From contig CACXYD010000002.1 of assembly GCA_902771755.1 (NCBI GenBank), forward strand, positions 912 through 64,911: 64,000 bases of DNA, given 5' to 3'. Position 1 is the first letter of the stretch. Each line of letters opens with the position of its first letter. The DNA comes from an uncultured Ruminococcus sp. Lineage in GTDB: Bacteria; Bacillota; Clostridia; Oscillospirales; Acutalibacteraceae. Both the position numbers and the translations under genes were made by a program. This document shows, one piece after another, positions 28,465 to 39,028 of the stretch. The notes below the pieces were generated by a model. That model was not told where the DNA came from and did no database searches. It saw only the letters and a program-made list of their open reading frames with translations.

Positions 28465-30486
28465 TCAATTAAAATATGCGTCAAGCAAATCCTTTGCAAC
28501 CTGCATTGAATATCTGCCCTTTGCACCGTGTTCGATTACAACGGCAATTGCAACCTCGGGCTTTTCATACGGAGCATAGCAAATGAATGTTGTATGGTCA
28601 GAACCCGAATTTTCAGCCGTACCTGTTTTGGCGGCAACCTTAACCTTGTAGTCACCGAACATATAATTTGCCGTGCCGTTTTCATCCTGAGTAACACCGA
28701 GCATTGCTTTGCGAACGATATCAAGATTCTTCTTTGAAATTCCGCAGTCACCGTAACTTTCAACATCAGTTGATTTTACGGTTTTGGTTCGCTCATAATT
28801 TGTAACTTTATCAACAATGTGGGTTTTGAGCCTTTCGCCGTTGTTTGCGATTGTTGCAACATAGGTTGCAAGCTGAACAGGAGTAAATGCGTTATCGGAC
28901 TGACCGATTGCGGCTGAAACCGTGTTGCCGACCTGCCAGCTTGTGCTGTCCCTGCCTGCAAGAGTTCCCTTTGATTCCTCAATTTCAACACCCGTGTATT
29001 CGCCGAGTCCAAACTTTTGCGCATACAGATACATCGGTTCAATTCCGAGCCTTCTGCCCGTGTCGGCAAAAAAGTAGTTGCACGATTGTTCAATTGCACC
29101 CGTAACATCAAGACTGCCGTGGTAGTGCATGCACCTTACCACATTGGTGGGATAAAAATCGTAGTCCTGCTTGCAGTAGATTTTCGTTTTATCGGTTATG
29201 ATTTTCTCCTCAAGAGCCGCACCTGCAACACATGGCTTGAACACCGAACCGCAGGCGAATGTACCGACTGTTGCACGGTTGTACATCGGAGAATTTTTGT
29301 TTTCGGAAAGTTTAACATAGTATGAGCCGTATTCGCTGTACTTGTTCAAATCGTATGTAGGATAGCTTGCCGCCGCAAGTACCGAAAAATCCTTGACCGA
29401 CAGCATTACAACTGCGCCTGTTTCACAGTCCTCGCCGTTATTTTTCTGTCCCGATTCCTTGCCCGCCTGTTTTGCCGCTTTAACATTTTCTTCAAGCGAC
29501 TTTACAGCGGTTTTCTGCAATTTTGAATCAATTGTGAGGTAGACCGTGTTGCCCGGTTTTGCGCTCTCGGTTTCGGTGCTTTCAACAAGAGTTCCGTCGG
29601 CATTTCGCTGAATAACCCTTGTTCCGCCCTTGCCTTTGAGGTCATCTTCATAGGCAAGTTCAATTCCGAATTTGCCTATCATATCATCATAGGAATAATC
29701 CTTGCCCTGTTTTTTCAGCTCATTGTATTCATCTTCCGACAATGAACCGAGTGCACCGAGAATGTGCGGTGCAAGGTCGGGATCAGATGCACCTCGTGTG
29801 AGGTAGGTTTGAATTTCAACACCGCTCACACCCTGAGTATTTTCACTGACAGCATTCACGGCACTTCGGCTGATATTTTCGGCAAAAACATACGGATTTG
29901 AATTTGAATAATTTTCAAGTTCCATATTGTAATGAATTGAAACAAGCGTTGTCTTTTGACTAAGACTTAATTTGTCGGAAATTTTGTAGCGTTTAAGAAG
30001 TGCGTTAAAGCAATCATTGGCACTTGTGTTCTTGTCCATGTCGAGAAAATCAGATGAGAGAAGTTTTTCCACATCTTCTTCACGGCTTGTTTTATAGATG
30101 CAACTGCCGTCAGAACCGACCGAAATCGGCAATGAATCGGTTCTTGCATCTCCCGTTTTGGTGAGAATATCAACAAGTTCAAGCAAAATTCCGTCAAACT
30201 TGTCCTCCTCAATATAAAGCTTGTTGAGGACAATTTTATACTTTGTGGTGTTTACAACAAGACCTACTCCGTTGCGGTCAACGATTTCGCCCCTTGTTGC
30301 ATCGGTTTTTTCGGTATATCCCGTTGATTTGGCGGCAAGGTTCTTGTAGCTTTTTCCCTGTACAAGCTGCCAATCGGCAAGCCTTACTGCAAAGCCGGCA
30401 AAAATTGCGGCTGTTATTATTATGCAGACAGTTGTTCTGCTCTTTTTGCTTTGTTTGCCGTTTTTTCTGCTTTTGCCGAACCTCAT
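28465..30486 (-). CDS. mrdA: Class B penicillin-binding protein 2
   Basis: N-terminal TM, RGEIVDRNG, GSVFK, SCN, KTGT; in mre operon. Confidence 0.88.
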   Translation of the reverse strand: MRFGKSRKNGKQSKKSRTTVCIIITAAIFAGFAVRLADWQLVQGKSYKNLAAKSTGYTEKTDATRGEIVDRNGVGLVVNTTKYKIVLNKLYIEEDKFDGILLELVDILTKTGDARTDSLPISVGSDGSCIYKTSREEDVEKLLSSDFLDMDKNTSANDCFNALLKRYKISDKLSLSQKTTLVSIHYNMELENYSNSNPYVFAENISRSAVNAVSENTQGVSGVEIQTYLTRGASDPDLAPHILGALGSLSEDEYNELKKQGKDYSYDDMIGKFGIELAYEDDLKGKGGTRVIQRNADGTLVESTETESAKPGNTVYLTIDSKLQKTAVKSLEENVKAAKQAGKESGQKNNGEDCETGAVVMLSVKDFSVLAAASYPTYDLNKYSEYGSYYVKLSENKNSPMYNRATVGTFACGSVFKPCVAGAALEEKIITDKTKIYCKQDYDFYPTNVVRCMHYHGSLDVTGAIEQSCNYFFADTGRRLGIEPMYLYAQKFGLGEYTGVEIEESKGTLAGRDSTSWQVGNTVSAAIGQSDNAFTPVQLATYVATIANNGERLKTHIVDKVTNYERTKTVKSTDVESYGDCGISKKNLDIVRKAMLGVTQDENGTANYMFGDYKVKVAAKTGTAENSGSDHTTFICYAPYEKPEVAIAVVIEHGAKGRYSMQVAKDLLDAYFN

Positions 30487-30496
30487 ACCGAACCCC

Positions 30497-31006
30497 CTAT
30501 TCACAAAGATTTTTGTTTAAAAATGCCGTGAGAAAATACAGCGGAATTGTCACGGCGAATGTGTAAAGTATTCTTGAAATGTAGTGCCGTACAAACAACA
30601 CGCAACCGCTGTCAAGCCCTGCAATCAGGACGAACAGCAGATAATAAATCAACATTACAGTCAGCACCGCTACAAACGAAAACACGATGACCGTAACAAA
30701 TGACGGCACAAAATATCTGCTGAACACAAAGTTTTCCACATAACAGACAATTGTAAGTGCAAAGGCAAAATAGCCGATACTGCCGTCAAATGAAATATCA
30801 GTCATCACACCGCACAATGCACCGAAAATTACCGACGGCATAGTGTTTTCAAAAGATGCGATGCAGAGTGCAAGTGAAATCAGCATAAGCGGTCTGCCAC
30901 CAAAAATTTCGGGAATTATAAAACCCGAACCCTGAAAAATATACAGAATTATCAACAGCAGAGCATAGCCGAAAAATCGGAAAAAGGTTCTTGAAACTCT
31001 CATCAT
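30497..31006 (-). CDS. mreD: Rod shape-determining protein MreD
   Basis: Five TM segments, G..GVMTD motif, between mreC and pbp2. Confidence 0.82.
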   Translation of the reverse strand: MMRVSRTFFRFFGYALLLIILYIFQGSGFIIPEIFGGRPLMLISLALCIASFENTMPSVIFGALCGVMTDISFDGSIGYFAFALTIVCYVENFVFSRYFVPSFVTVIVFSFVAVLTVMLIYYLLFVLIAGLDSGCVLFVRHYISRILYTFAVTIPLYFLTAFLNKNLCE

Positions 31007-31824
31007 TTTTTAACCTCACCCTTGCCGTCAAAGTCGGTAATAATTGCGGCAGATGTCACGGTGCGGATGTCCTCATACGGCTCAACAACGGCATATCGGG
31101 TTGTGTCGTAAGAATTAAATTTTAACTCTTTGACCTTGCCGATTATGAGATTTTTCGGATAAACTCCGCCTGTTCCCGAGGTGACGACAATGTCGCCGAC
31201 TTTGATTTTGTTATTTTCTGCAATTTTTGTCAGACAGGTGAGGTTATCGTCACAATATTCTGCGTTTCCGCTGATGATTCCGTTGTCGGAAGTTTTTTTG
31301 TCAATTGCAGATGCTTTTGTGTCGGGAGAAAGAATCGTTCTTACCCGACAGGTTGTGAGTTCAACATCACTCACCCAGCCGATAAGACCGTTTTCCGTGA
31401 TTACTGGATCATTTTTTTCCACATTGTCTGTTGAACCCTTATCGAGAGTGAACGAGTAGAAATCATCGTTTGCATCCCTTCTAAGCACACCGGCGGGAAG
31501 AATGTCATAGGACGGATTTTCCTTTTTAAGCTCATAATATTTCCACAACTTTGCATTTTCTTCCTTGGTGTCAAGGTAGTCAACAAGCTGTTCACGGAGT
31601 TCGGCATTTTCCTTTTTAAGCTGTTCGTTTTCTTTTTCGAGTTCTTCCTTTGACTTGTCGGAAGATGCCGCACCTGCGGTCAGCGTTGAAAGTCCTTTTG
31701 TAACCGTGTTTACCGCACCCGAAAAAAAGTTACTGCCGTTATGAGAGAAAACACTCATCACAGTTAGTATGACGAGTGTAATTATCAGAATTTTTGAGTT
31801 TTTATTATGTAAAAAATTTCTCAT
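31003..31824 (-). CDS. mreC: Rod shape-determining protein MreC
   Basis: TM plus coiled coil, LDKGS, GDIVVTSGTGGVYP. Confidence 0.92.
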   Translation of the reverse strand: MRNFLHNKNSKILIITLVILTVMSVFSHNGSNFFSGAVNTVTKGLSTLTAGAASSDKSKEELEKENEQLKKENAELREQLVDYLDTKEENAKLWKYYELKKENPSYDILPAGVLRRDANDDFYSFTLDKGSTDNVEKNDPVITENGLIGWVSDVELTTCRVRTILSPDTKASAIDKKTSDNGIISGNAEYCDDNLTCLTKIAENNKIKVGDIVVTSGTGGVYPKNLIIGKVKELKFNSYDTTRYAVVEPYEDIRTVTSAAIITDFDGKGEVKK

Positions 31825-31890
31825 ATTTTTATTACAAATACGGTCGGGCGGTGATTTTTAATCTGCCCGACCTTGCTTTGTCAATCTTCA

Positions 31891-32901
31891 TTATCTGTCA
31901 TGCTTATACTGAACGCCGAGCGGCTTGCCGAGTCTTTTGCCTGCACCGTCAACAACACAGTCAAGCGGTCTTTCGGCAATGTGAACAGGCATACCCGTCT
32001 GCTGCATAACAAGCATATCAAGTCCCTTGAGCAACGCACCGCCGCCCGTGAGCATAATGCCGTGATCGATTATGTCGGCTGAAAGCTCAGGCGGAGTTTT
32101 TTCAAGAGTGGTTCTGATTGCCTCAACAATTGTTGAAAGCGGATCGGCAAGAGCCTCTCTGACCTCGGTTGAGGAGATTGTAATGTCCTTCGGAAGTCCG
32201 TCAACAAGGTTTCTGCCCTTGACAACAAGAGTTTTTTCTTCTTCACCCGGATATGCAGAACCGATTTTAATTTTGATTTCTTCGGCAGTTCTTTCACCGA
32301 TGAGAAGATTATATTTTCTTTTGACATAGGTTGAAATCGCCTCGTCAAACTTGTCGCCTGCAACTCTTACTGAACAGGCTGTAACAATATCTCCGAGAGA
32401 AATTACGGCAACCTCGCTTGTACCGCCGCCGATATCAACAACCATACTTCCGCACGGTTCGTCAACAGGCATTCCCGCACCGATTGCGGCAGCCATTGGT
32501 TCTTCGATAAGAACAACGGGAGGCTTTGCACCTGCCTGATATGCGGCATCTTCAACAGCCTTTCTTTCAACCTCGGTAACACCCGAAGGCATACAGATTA
32601 TAACTCTCGGCTTACTGAAAATTCCCGGTTTTACCGCCTTTTTAATAAAGTGCTGGAGCATTTTTGCGGTTATTTTAAAATCGGCAATAACACCGTCTTT
32701 GAGCGGACGAACCGCAACTATCGAACCGGGGGTTCTGCCAATCATTTCTTTTGCCTGTGAGCCGACTGCAAGAACCTCGTCCGTACGCATATCAACTGCG
32801 ACAACGCTCGGTTCACGCAAAATTATTCCCTTTCCTTTAAGACAAACAAGAGTGTTTGCAGTTCCAAGGTCAATTCCTATATCCTTTGAAAATGAAAACA
32901 T
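31891..32901 (-). CDS. mreB: Rod shape-determining protein MreB
   Basis: [30 protein letters not shown]. Confidence 0.97.
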   Translation of the reverse strand: MFSFSKDIGIDLGTANTLVCLKGKGIILREPSVVAVDMRTDEVLAVGSQAKEMIGRTPGSIVAVRPLKDGVIADFKITAKMLQHFIKKAVKPGIFSKPRVIICMPSGVTEVERKAVEDAAYQAGAKPPVVLIEEPMAAAIGAGMPVDEPCGSMVVDIGGGTSEVAVISLGDIVTACSVRVAGDKFDEAISTYVKRKYNLLIGERTAEEIKIKIGSAYPGEEEKTLVVKGRNLVDGLPKDITISSTEVREALADPLSTIVEAIRTTLEKTPPELSADIIDHGIMLTGGGALLKGLDMLVMQQTGMPVHIAERPLDCVVDGAGKRLGKPLGVQYKHDR

Positions 32902-33011
32902 CCCACAGCCTCCTTCTATGCTGTAATACCCAAATGTATTTTACTCAGATAGTATATCCCTATCATATATCTTTTCACAATTAAGGGCAATGATAAATTG
33001 TCGAAATTCTT

Positions 33012-33452
33012 TTATTTTTTACCTGTTGAGCCAAAACCGCCCTCGCCACGCTCTGTGTCGCCGAGTTCCGTAACTTCTTCAACATCACACGGAACAACGG
33101 GTGCAATAACCATCTGGCAGATTCTTTCAAACGGCTCAATCTCATAAGGCTTGTCCGAAACATTGCAAAGACCTGCACAGATTTCGCCACGGTAGTCGCT
33201 GTCAACAACACCCACACCGTTTGAGAGGCAGATGCCGTGCTTGATTCCAAGGCCGCTTCTTGCATAGAGAAATGCGGCAACGCTGTTGTCGGGAAGTTCG
33301 ATTGCTATACCTGTCGGCACAAGCACAAGCTGACCGGGGTTGATTGTAATTTTTTCGTCAATACAAGCATATAAATCCATACCTGCAGAACCGTTTGTGG
33401 CTCTTTTGGGGATTTTTGCGTTGTCTTTTACCTTCTTTATTTTAACAGTCAT
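33012..33452 (-). CDS. dut: dUTP diphosphatase
   Basis: AGMDL, RSGL, GVVDSDYRGE, RGEGGFGSTG. Confidence 0.97.
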   Translation of the reverse strand: MTVKIKKVKDNAKIPKRATNGSAGMDLYACIDEKITINPGQLVLVPTGIAIELPDNSVAAFLYARSGLGIKHGICLSNGVGVVDSDYRGEICAGLCNVSDKPYEIEPFERICQMVIAPVVPCDVEEVTELGDTERGEGGFGSTGKK

Positions 33453-33621
33453 AGTTAACCATCCTTCATCTCCTGCAAATTTTTGCAGGAATTATTCATT
33501 AATTTTTTTATTTTTCTCTAAAGAAATTATTTTCCGCCTAAATTTAATTGTTAGTCATTGTTGAATGAAAAAATCACTTTTTCCACAAAACGATAATGAT
33601 TATTTTAACATTTTCAACAAT

Positions 33622-35604
33622 CTAATTAACACCTCTGCGGTACAATCCATATGTTAATTTATCTTTCAACATCGGATAAAGGCTTGATTCGTTAAGACTT
33701 TCCACGATTTCCACATAGTTTTCAACAGTAAATCTTAAAATGTTGAAAGATGTTAAAAGTGTTAAATTTTGTTTATTCGGAACGAAAAGCAGGTCACAAT
33801 TCAGGACTTCGGTACAGTTTCCGTCGCATTTCAGTAAAAATTGTTTACCGAGTCGGTCTTTCATTTTTGAATGATTTTTGCAAGTTTTGCAATCTATGCC
33901 TGCGCCTTTGACGGGGCAACTCCTGCAAAGCATGAGAGGAAGGTAGCCGTAGCTGATGATTCCCCTCGGAATGTTGCCTCCAAGTGCGTTAATTCGCTTA
34001 AAATCGAGTTCAAAACTGAGTTCTGCGTCCTTGATTCCGTACTCCTCCGCCCACAAAAGGTCAAGAGTGTTTACAAAATTCATTCCGAATCCCGAATGAA
34101 GGGTAAAACCGAGATTTTTGGCAATGTACAATGCCCCCAGATTGTTGCACAACACATCGGTTATGCCGATTTCTTTCATCTCGGAAAGCTTTTTGGCAAT
34201 CGTGTCTTCTCGTCCGAACATTCCTCTCGGAATTTCAACACCGATGTTATAGCCCTCGTTTTTGAGTCTTACAAGCTCCCTTTTGTCGGCAAAAAGCGGA
34301 ACAAACACAAGTTCACATTCCTTGAAAGCAGGGGAGAGCTTTGTCTGAGGCACTCTTGCACGGGTGGATTTTTCCACAGGCGGTGTGAATTTTGGAAAAG
34401 TAATTTTGTAGTCACGGTTGATTTTGTAGTTGTGTACAACACTTCTCACCGTGTCGAGTTCATCAAGAACATCTCTGCGCAAAGAATTGAGGATTGAAAG
34501 CGGAATAGAAATGTCGTCATCAATATTTATATTCACATCGGTGGGATTATATGCCGTTGAGCCTGTTTTTTCAAGCTGTTTTCTGCACTTTTCCGCATCA
34601 AGCGGTCTGTTGATTGCTTTTTCGGTTACGATGTCGGCAAGCTTTTTGACGGTGTGAACTCCGTCAGAGGCGACTAAAACGGGATTTTCACCGAGTTTTG
34701 CGGTAAAATCAAAAGTTATTTCAACATTTCTGATTTCGTCCTTGTAGGAAGAACGGATTGCCGAAAACAGTTTTTCATCGGCAGAAACAACATCAGATTT
34801 TGTTCTCGTACCGAACATATGACTTCCCGTTTTGCCGATGTAATAAGCGTCTGTAAAGCCTGTTCGTGAAAAAACTCCTCTGAGCATTTCCTGAGTTTTG
34901 TCGCTGATAAAGCCGAAATCACGCTGTTCAACGCACGCTCTTACTGCGGCTGAAACATACTCGGGGCGTTTCATTCTGCCCTCAATTTTAGCCGAGGCAA
35001 CTCCCATATTCTGAAGTTCGCCAAGGTAATTTACAATGCTGTTGTCTTTAAGACTTAAAGCATGACCGCCCTTTTGCTTGTTCACGGAAAACGGCAGTCG
35101 GCACGGCTGAGCGCAAGCGCCACGGTTTCCACTCCTTGAACCGATCATTGCGCTGAGGTAGCATTGTCCCGAAACGCACATACACAATGCGCCGTGAACG
35201 AAAATTTCGAGTTCAACGGGAATTTCACAGCATTTTTCAATTTCTTTTTTGCTCATTTCACGGGCAAGGACAACACGCTTGAAACCCATTTCATAAAGTG
35301 CATTTACACCCGATGCGGTGTGAATGCTCATCTGGGTTGACGCATGAAGTGCAAGGTCAGGGACAAGCTTGTGCGCAAGCCTTGCAACACCCATATTTTG
35401 AACAATGAGTGCGTCAACATCAGCCTCTGCGGCTGAAATTATGGCTTTTTTCAGCTTTTCAAGCTCATCGTCAAACACAATCGTGTTGATTGTGACATAC
35501 ACCTTTACACCGTGAATGTGGCAATATGCCGTTGCTTTTTTAAGTTCTTCGTCATCAAAATTTTTAAAACTGCCTGCCGGAGCAAGTATTTCTATCTTTT
35601 TCAT
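33622..35604 (-). CDS. Peptidase U32 family (RlhA-like RNA hydroxylase) with apparent N-terminal in-frame deletion
   Basis: LAPAG, HASTQ, HGALCxxxSGQC, NRGACAQPCR, KIEGRMK, long C-terminal domain. Confidence 0.85.
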   Translation of the reverse strand: MKKIEILAPAGSFKNFDDEELKKATAYCHIHGVKVYVTINTIVFDDELEKLKKAIISAAEADVDALIVQNMGVARLAHKLVPDLALHASTQMSIHTASGVNALYEMGFKRVVLAREMSKKEIEKCCEIPVELEIFVHGALCMCVSGQCYLSAMIGSRSGNRGACAQPCRLPFSVNKQKGGHALSLKDNSIVNYLGELQNMGVASAKIEGRMKRPEYVSAAVRACVEQRDFGFISDKTQEMLRGVFSRTGFTDAYYIGKTGSHMFGTRTKSDVVSADEKLFSAIRSSYKDEIRNVEITFDFTAKLGENPVLVASDGVHTVKKLADIVTEKAINRPLDAEKCRKQLEKTGSTAYNPTDVNINIDDDISIPLSILNSLRRDVLDELDTVRSVVHNYKINRDYKITFPKFTPPVEKSTRARVPQTKLSPAFKECELVFVPLFADKRELVRLKNEGYNIGVEIPRGMFGREDTIAKKLSEMKEIGITDVLCNNLGALYIAKNLGFTLHSGFGMNFVNTLDLLWAEEYGIKDAELSFELDFKRINALGGNIPRGIISYGYLPLMLCRSCPVKGAGIDCKTCKNHSKMKDRLGKQFLLKCDGNCTEVLNCDLLFVPNKQNLTLLTSFNILRFTVENYVEIVESLNESSLYPMLKDKLTYGLYRRGVN

Positions 35605-36245
35605 TTTTTATCTTCATCAAACAGAGAGAACTGCGTCATCGGAACATAACCGAGAAGTTTTTCGTTGCGCAATTCCTGTTCTGTTTTTTTAGCCTCGTTT
35701 GACAGAACATTCACGGGTACATCTTCTGACTGCTCTGTCTTTTTATTTTTTGCATTTGAAGTCTTTTTTTCCTTTGGAGCTGACTTTTTTTCAGGCTCTG
35801 ACTTTTCCGATTCGGCTTTTTCTTCGCCATTTTCAACACTTTCAAGCTTTTCTTTAAGCTGAGAAACCTCGTGTCTGAGAACAGCAAGTCTTTTTTCAAG
35901 CTCTTTGTTGTTCATTGTAAGTCGGGTGTTATCGTTCATAGCCTCTGTAAGCTTTTCTCTGTATTCCTTGCAAAGCTTGTTAAGGTCATTTGTCTGCTGA
36001 ATGATTTTGTCGGCTTTTTCAACATAGTCTTTGTTCTTTTTAAGAGCCTTGTTGCGGTCATCACAAAAGTTAAGTGCCGCAAGAACCGCACAATCACGGG
36101 TGTCAAGCTGTTTTGTGCTTTGAGCGGCTTTTCTTATGTGAGAAACCACCTCGTTTGCAACCTTCTGAACATATTTTTCATCATCCGTTGTGATAAGCGA
36201 ATAACTTCTTCCCTCAATCTGAACGCTTACTCTCTTTTTCTCCAT
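35601..36245 (-). CDS. zapA: ZapA-family cell division protein with extended tail
   Basis: RVSVQIEGRSYSL...AVLAALN followed by coiled coil. Confidence 0.8.
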   Translation of the reverse strand: MEKKRVSVQIEGRSYSLITTDDEKYVQKVANEVVSHIRKAAQSTKQLDTRDCAVLAALNFCDDRNKALKKNKDYVEKADKIIQQTNDLNKLCKEYREKLTEAMNDNTRLTMNNKELEKRLAVLRHEVSQLKEKLESVENGEEKAESEKSEPEKKSAPKEKKTSNAKNKKTEQSEDVPVNVLSNEAKKTEQELRNEKLLGYVPMTQFSLFDEDKK

Positions 36246-36560
36246 AGGAAATGCATCTCCCTTTAATAGCTTTTTTCGTCCTCATCTGACTTCTTTGCAT
36301 ATGTAATCACTGTACATTATAATATAAAATTGGAAATAATAAAAGAGTAAAGCGAAGATTGTTTAAATATTTTTTCATTTGTAGGCAAAATTGGCGATTT
36401 TATGCTGTTTTCGACTTATTTCGGTTGAAATATTTATTCTTTTATGATAAAATAAACTTTGCGACATTTTGACGGATTTGTCTGAATTTTCCGAATAACA
36501 GGGCATAACCGCCAAAACAAAATTGACATTTCGGAATATATTATTATGGGAAGTGATTAT

Positions 36561-38435
36561 ATGCCCGTACCGTTTGATTCACGAAAAATTTACTATCGTT
36601 CACCGTTTGGTGCGGTTGAACAGGGTACCGAGATTCATTTCAGAATTCTTTTGCCGAAGGCGGAGCATACACAAAAAGCACACTTGTGTGTAAAGTACGA
36701 TTATGACTATAACTGGGAATTTACCGAACTTATTTGGTGCGGTAAATTTGACGAAGATACCGAAATTTGGGAGTGCGACTTTACTCCGAAGAAAATCGGA
36801 CTTTATTGGTACAATTTTAAGCTTACCACCATTGACAAGACAAGGTATGTTGTTCCGTCCGATCCGTATAAGGTCAGCACAATTGAAGATTATATGGGCA
36901 GAAGTTGGCAGATTACCTGCTATAAAAAGGGCTTTAAAACTCCCGACTGGCTCGTTGGCGGAGTTATGTATCAGATTTTTCCCGACCGTTTTTACTTCAG
37001 CGGTGAAGAAAAGAATATTAAGCGTACCGACTATAAACGCAACAAGGATTGGTATTCCCTTCCCGAATGGAAACCCGATGAAAACGGAATGATTAAGAAT
37101 AACGATTTCTTTATGGGCGACCTCAAGGGAATTACGATGAAGCTTGATTACCTTGAAAGCCTCGGTGTAAGCTGTATTTACCTCAATCCGATAAGCGAGG
37201 CATACTCAAACCACCGTTATGATACGGGCGACTACTCAAAGGTTGATCCGATTCTCGGAACGGAAGAAGATTTCAAGCACCTTTGTGCAGAGGCTAAAAA
37301 GAGGGGAATACACATTATCAATGACGGTGTGTTCTCACATACTGGAAGTGACAGCGTTTACTTCAACCGTTCAGGCAGATACGGCAAGGGCGGTGCATAT
37401 AATGACAAGAACTCGCCGTATTTCAACTGGTATAAATTCAACGAATGGCCGAATAATTACCACAGCTGGTGGGGATTTGACACTCTGCCCGAGGTTATTG
37501 AGGAAACCCCGTCATTCAACGAATATATTAACGGCAAGGACGGCATAGTCAGAAAATGGATGAGATGCGGTAACTCGGGTTGGCGACTTGATGTTGCAGA
37601 CGAACTTCCCGATGTGTTCATTGAAAATCTCCGCAAAGCCGTTAAGGACGAAAATTCCGACGCATTTCTCGTTGGTGAAGTATGGGAAGATGCAAGCAAC
37701 AAGGAAAGCTACGGTGCAAGAAGAAAATTCTTGCTTGGCGAGCAGTTTGACTCCGTTATGAACTATGTGTTCAGAGATGCGATTCTGAACTTCTGCAAAG
37801 GTCAGCACGGCAAGTACACAATGGATCTGATTATGAGCGTAATCGAAAATTATCCCCGTCCTGTTCTCAGAGTGCTGATGAATTCACTTTCAACTCACGA
37901 TACCGAAAGAGCAATCACGGTTATGGCAGGCGAACCGCTTGACGGCAAGGACAGGGAATGGCAGGCAAATACAAAGCTTGATGCCGAGCATAAAAAACTC
38001 GGTGTGAAACTGCTCAAGGTTGCAAGTGCAATGCAGTTTACTCTCCCCGGATTTCCTTGTGTTTATTACGGTGATGAGGCAGGAATGGAAGGCTACCGTG
38101 ATCCGTTTAACCGTTGCTGTTATCCGTGGGGCAAGGAAAATAAGGAACTCATTGAGTGGCACAAAAAGCTTGCAGATGTGAGAAAAAGCTGTTCGGCATT
38201 GTGGGACGGCGATTTTATAAATGTTCTTTCGGAAGAAAGAAGAATTTCGTATATCCGCCACGACAAAGATTCTGCAATTTTATGCACATTCAATCTCTAT
38301 GATTATGAAGTTGAGGCAAAAATGCCTCCGGGATATGCAGACGGCAAAACAGTTTTCGGTTCAAAGCTTGAAAACGGCAAACTGACAATTCCGCCCATGT
38401 CGGCAGAATTTGTAGTCCTTGAACTTGGTAAATGA
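36561..38435 (+). CDS. GH13 alpha-glycosidase (neopullulanase/amylopullulanase-like)
   Basis: YQIFPDRF, SNHRYD, DGVFSH, GWRLDVAD, GEVWED, THDT, YYGDE; start could also be 36546. Confidence 0.92.
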   Translation: MPVPFDSRKIYYRSPFGAVEQGTEIHFRILLPKAEHTQKAHLCVKYDYDYNWEFTELIWCGKFDEDTEIWECDFTPKKIGLYWYNFKLTTIDKTRYVVPSDPYKVSTIEDYMGRSWQITCYKKGFKTPDWLVGGVMYQIFPDRFYFSGEEKNIKRTDYKRNKDWYSLPEWKPDENGMIKNNDFFMGDLKGITMKLDYLESLGVSCIYLNPISEAYSNHRYDTGDYSKVDPILGTEEDFKHLCAEAKKRGIHIINDGVFSHTGSDSVYFNRSGRYGKGGAYNDKNSPYFNWYKFNEWPNNYHSWWGFDTLPEVIEETPSFNEYINGKDGIVRKWMRCGNSGWRLDVADELPDVFIENLRKAVKDENSDAFLVGEVWEDASNKESYGARRKFLLGEQFDSVMNYVFRDAILNFCKGQHGKYTMDLIMSVIENYPRPVLRVLMNSLSTHDTERAITVMAGEPLDGKDREWQANTKLDAEHKKLGVKLLKVASAMQFTLPGFPCVYYGDEAGMEGYRDPFNRCCYPWGKENKELIEWHKKLADVRKSCSALWDGDFINVLSEERRISYIRHDKDSAILCTFNLYDYEVEAKMPPGYADGKTVFGSKLENGKLTIPPMSAEFVVLELGK

Positions 38436-38446
38436 TATATACAAAG

Positions 38447-38476
38447 AAAACCACCCGTTTGGGTGGTTTTTGTTTT
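38447..38476 (+). terminator. Terminator after GH13 gene
   Basis: AAAACCACCC/GGGTGGTTTT stem followed by T-run. Confidence 0.75.
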
Positions 38477-38506
38477 GTGAAATTATTGCAAAGTAACTAC
38501 AATTTT

Positions 38507-39009
38507 GTAGGGGAGAACCGTGTTCGCCCGCACGGCGAGCCACCGTCCCCAATTCGTGTAGATAGTTTCTAATGTTAAAAAACATATTATGCCCGAGCAT
38601 AACATTGAAACCATTTGTTCAATTCAATGTAGCGGCGAACCTCGTTCGCCAATCAATTCGTGTGCAAACACGAATTGAACAAATAATAATTGTTTCATCA
38701 AGGCGGGCGAACGAGGTTCGCCCCCACAAAACAGCAGTTGTTTTGTGACATTTATAAAAATTGTTTTCAACAAATAATATCTGCCATTACCTGCGGGCGT
38801 CCAATGAACGCCCCTACAGATTTGTAGTATTCATATAATTTGTTTTAGCACATAATCTGTGCCTTTACTTGCGGGAGAACACGGTTCTCCCCTACAAAAC
38901 AGCAATAACTTTTTCTATAAAACAAAAATTGTATCAATCCCGTATTCGGGCATCTGATGTAATTACTTTATCAAACTATCTGCTCGAATTGGGAACAGCG
39001 GCTCGCCGT
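38507..39009. repeat. GTAG REP-like hairpin array 1
   Basis: Units at 38507(+), 38629(+), 38703(-), 38793(-), 38871(-) plus inverted arms 38532-38600/38942-39009. Confidence 0.85.
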
Positions 39010-39028
39010 AATTTTCCATTTTCAATTT

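Noticed and set aside
22871-31872. Recurring CGGTCGG-stem hairpins (about 22871, 25524, 28391, 31841)
   Set aside because: All lie just downstream of stop codons with unrelated loops; adequately explained as terminators or stabilising stems
33871-34497. Long antisense ORFs (also 14159..14752, 39050..39772, 44547..45272)
   Set aside because: Opposite-strand shadows of well-supported genes with no recognisable motifs
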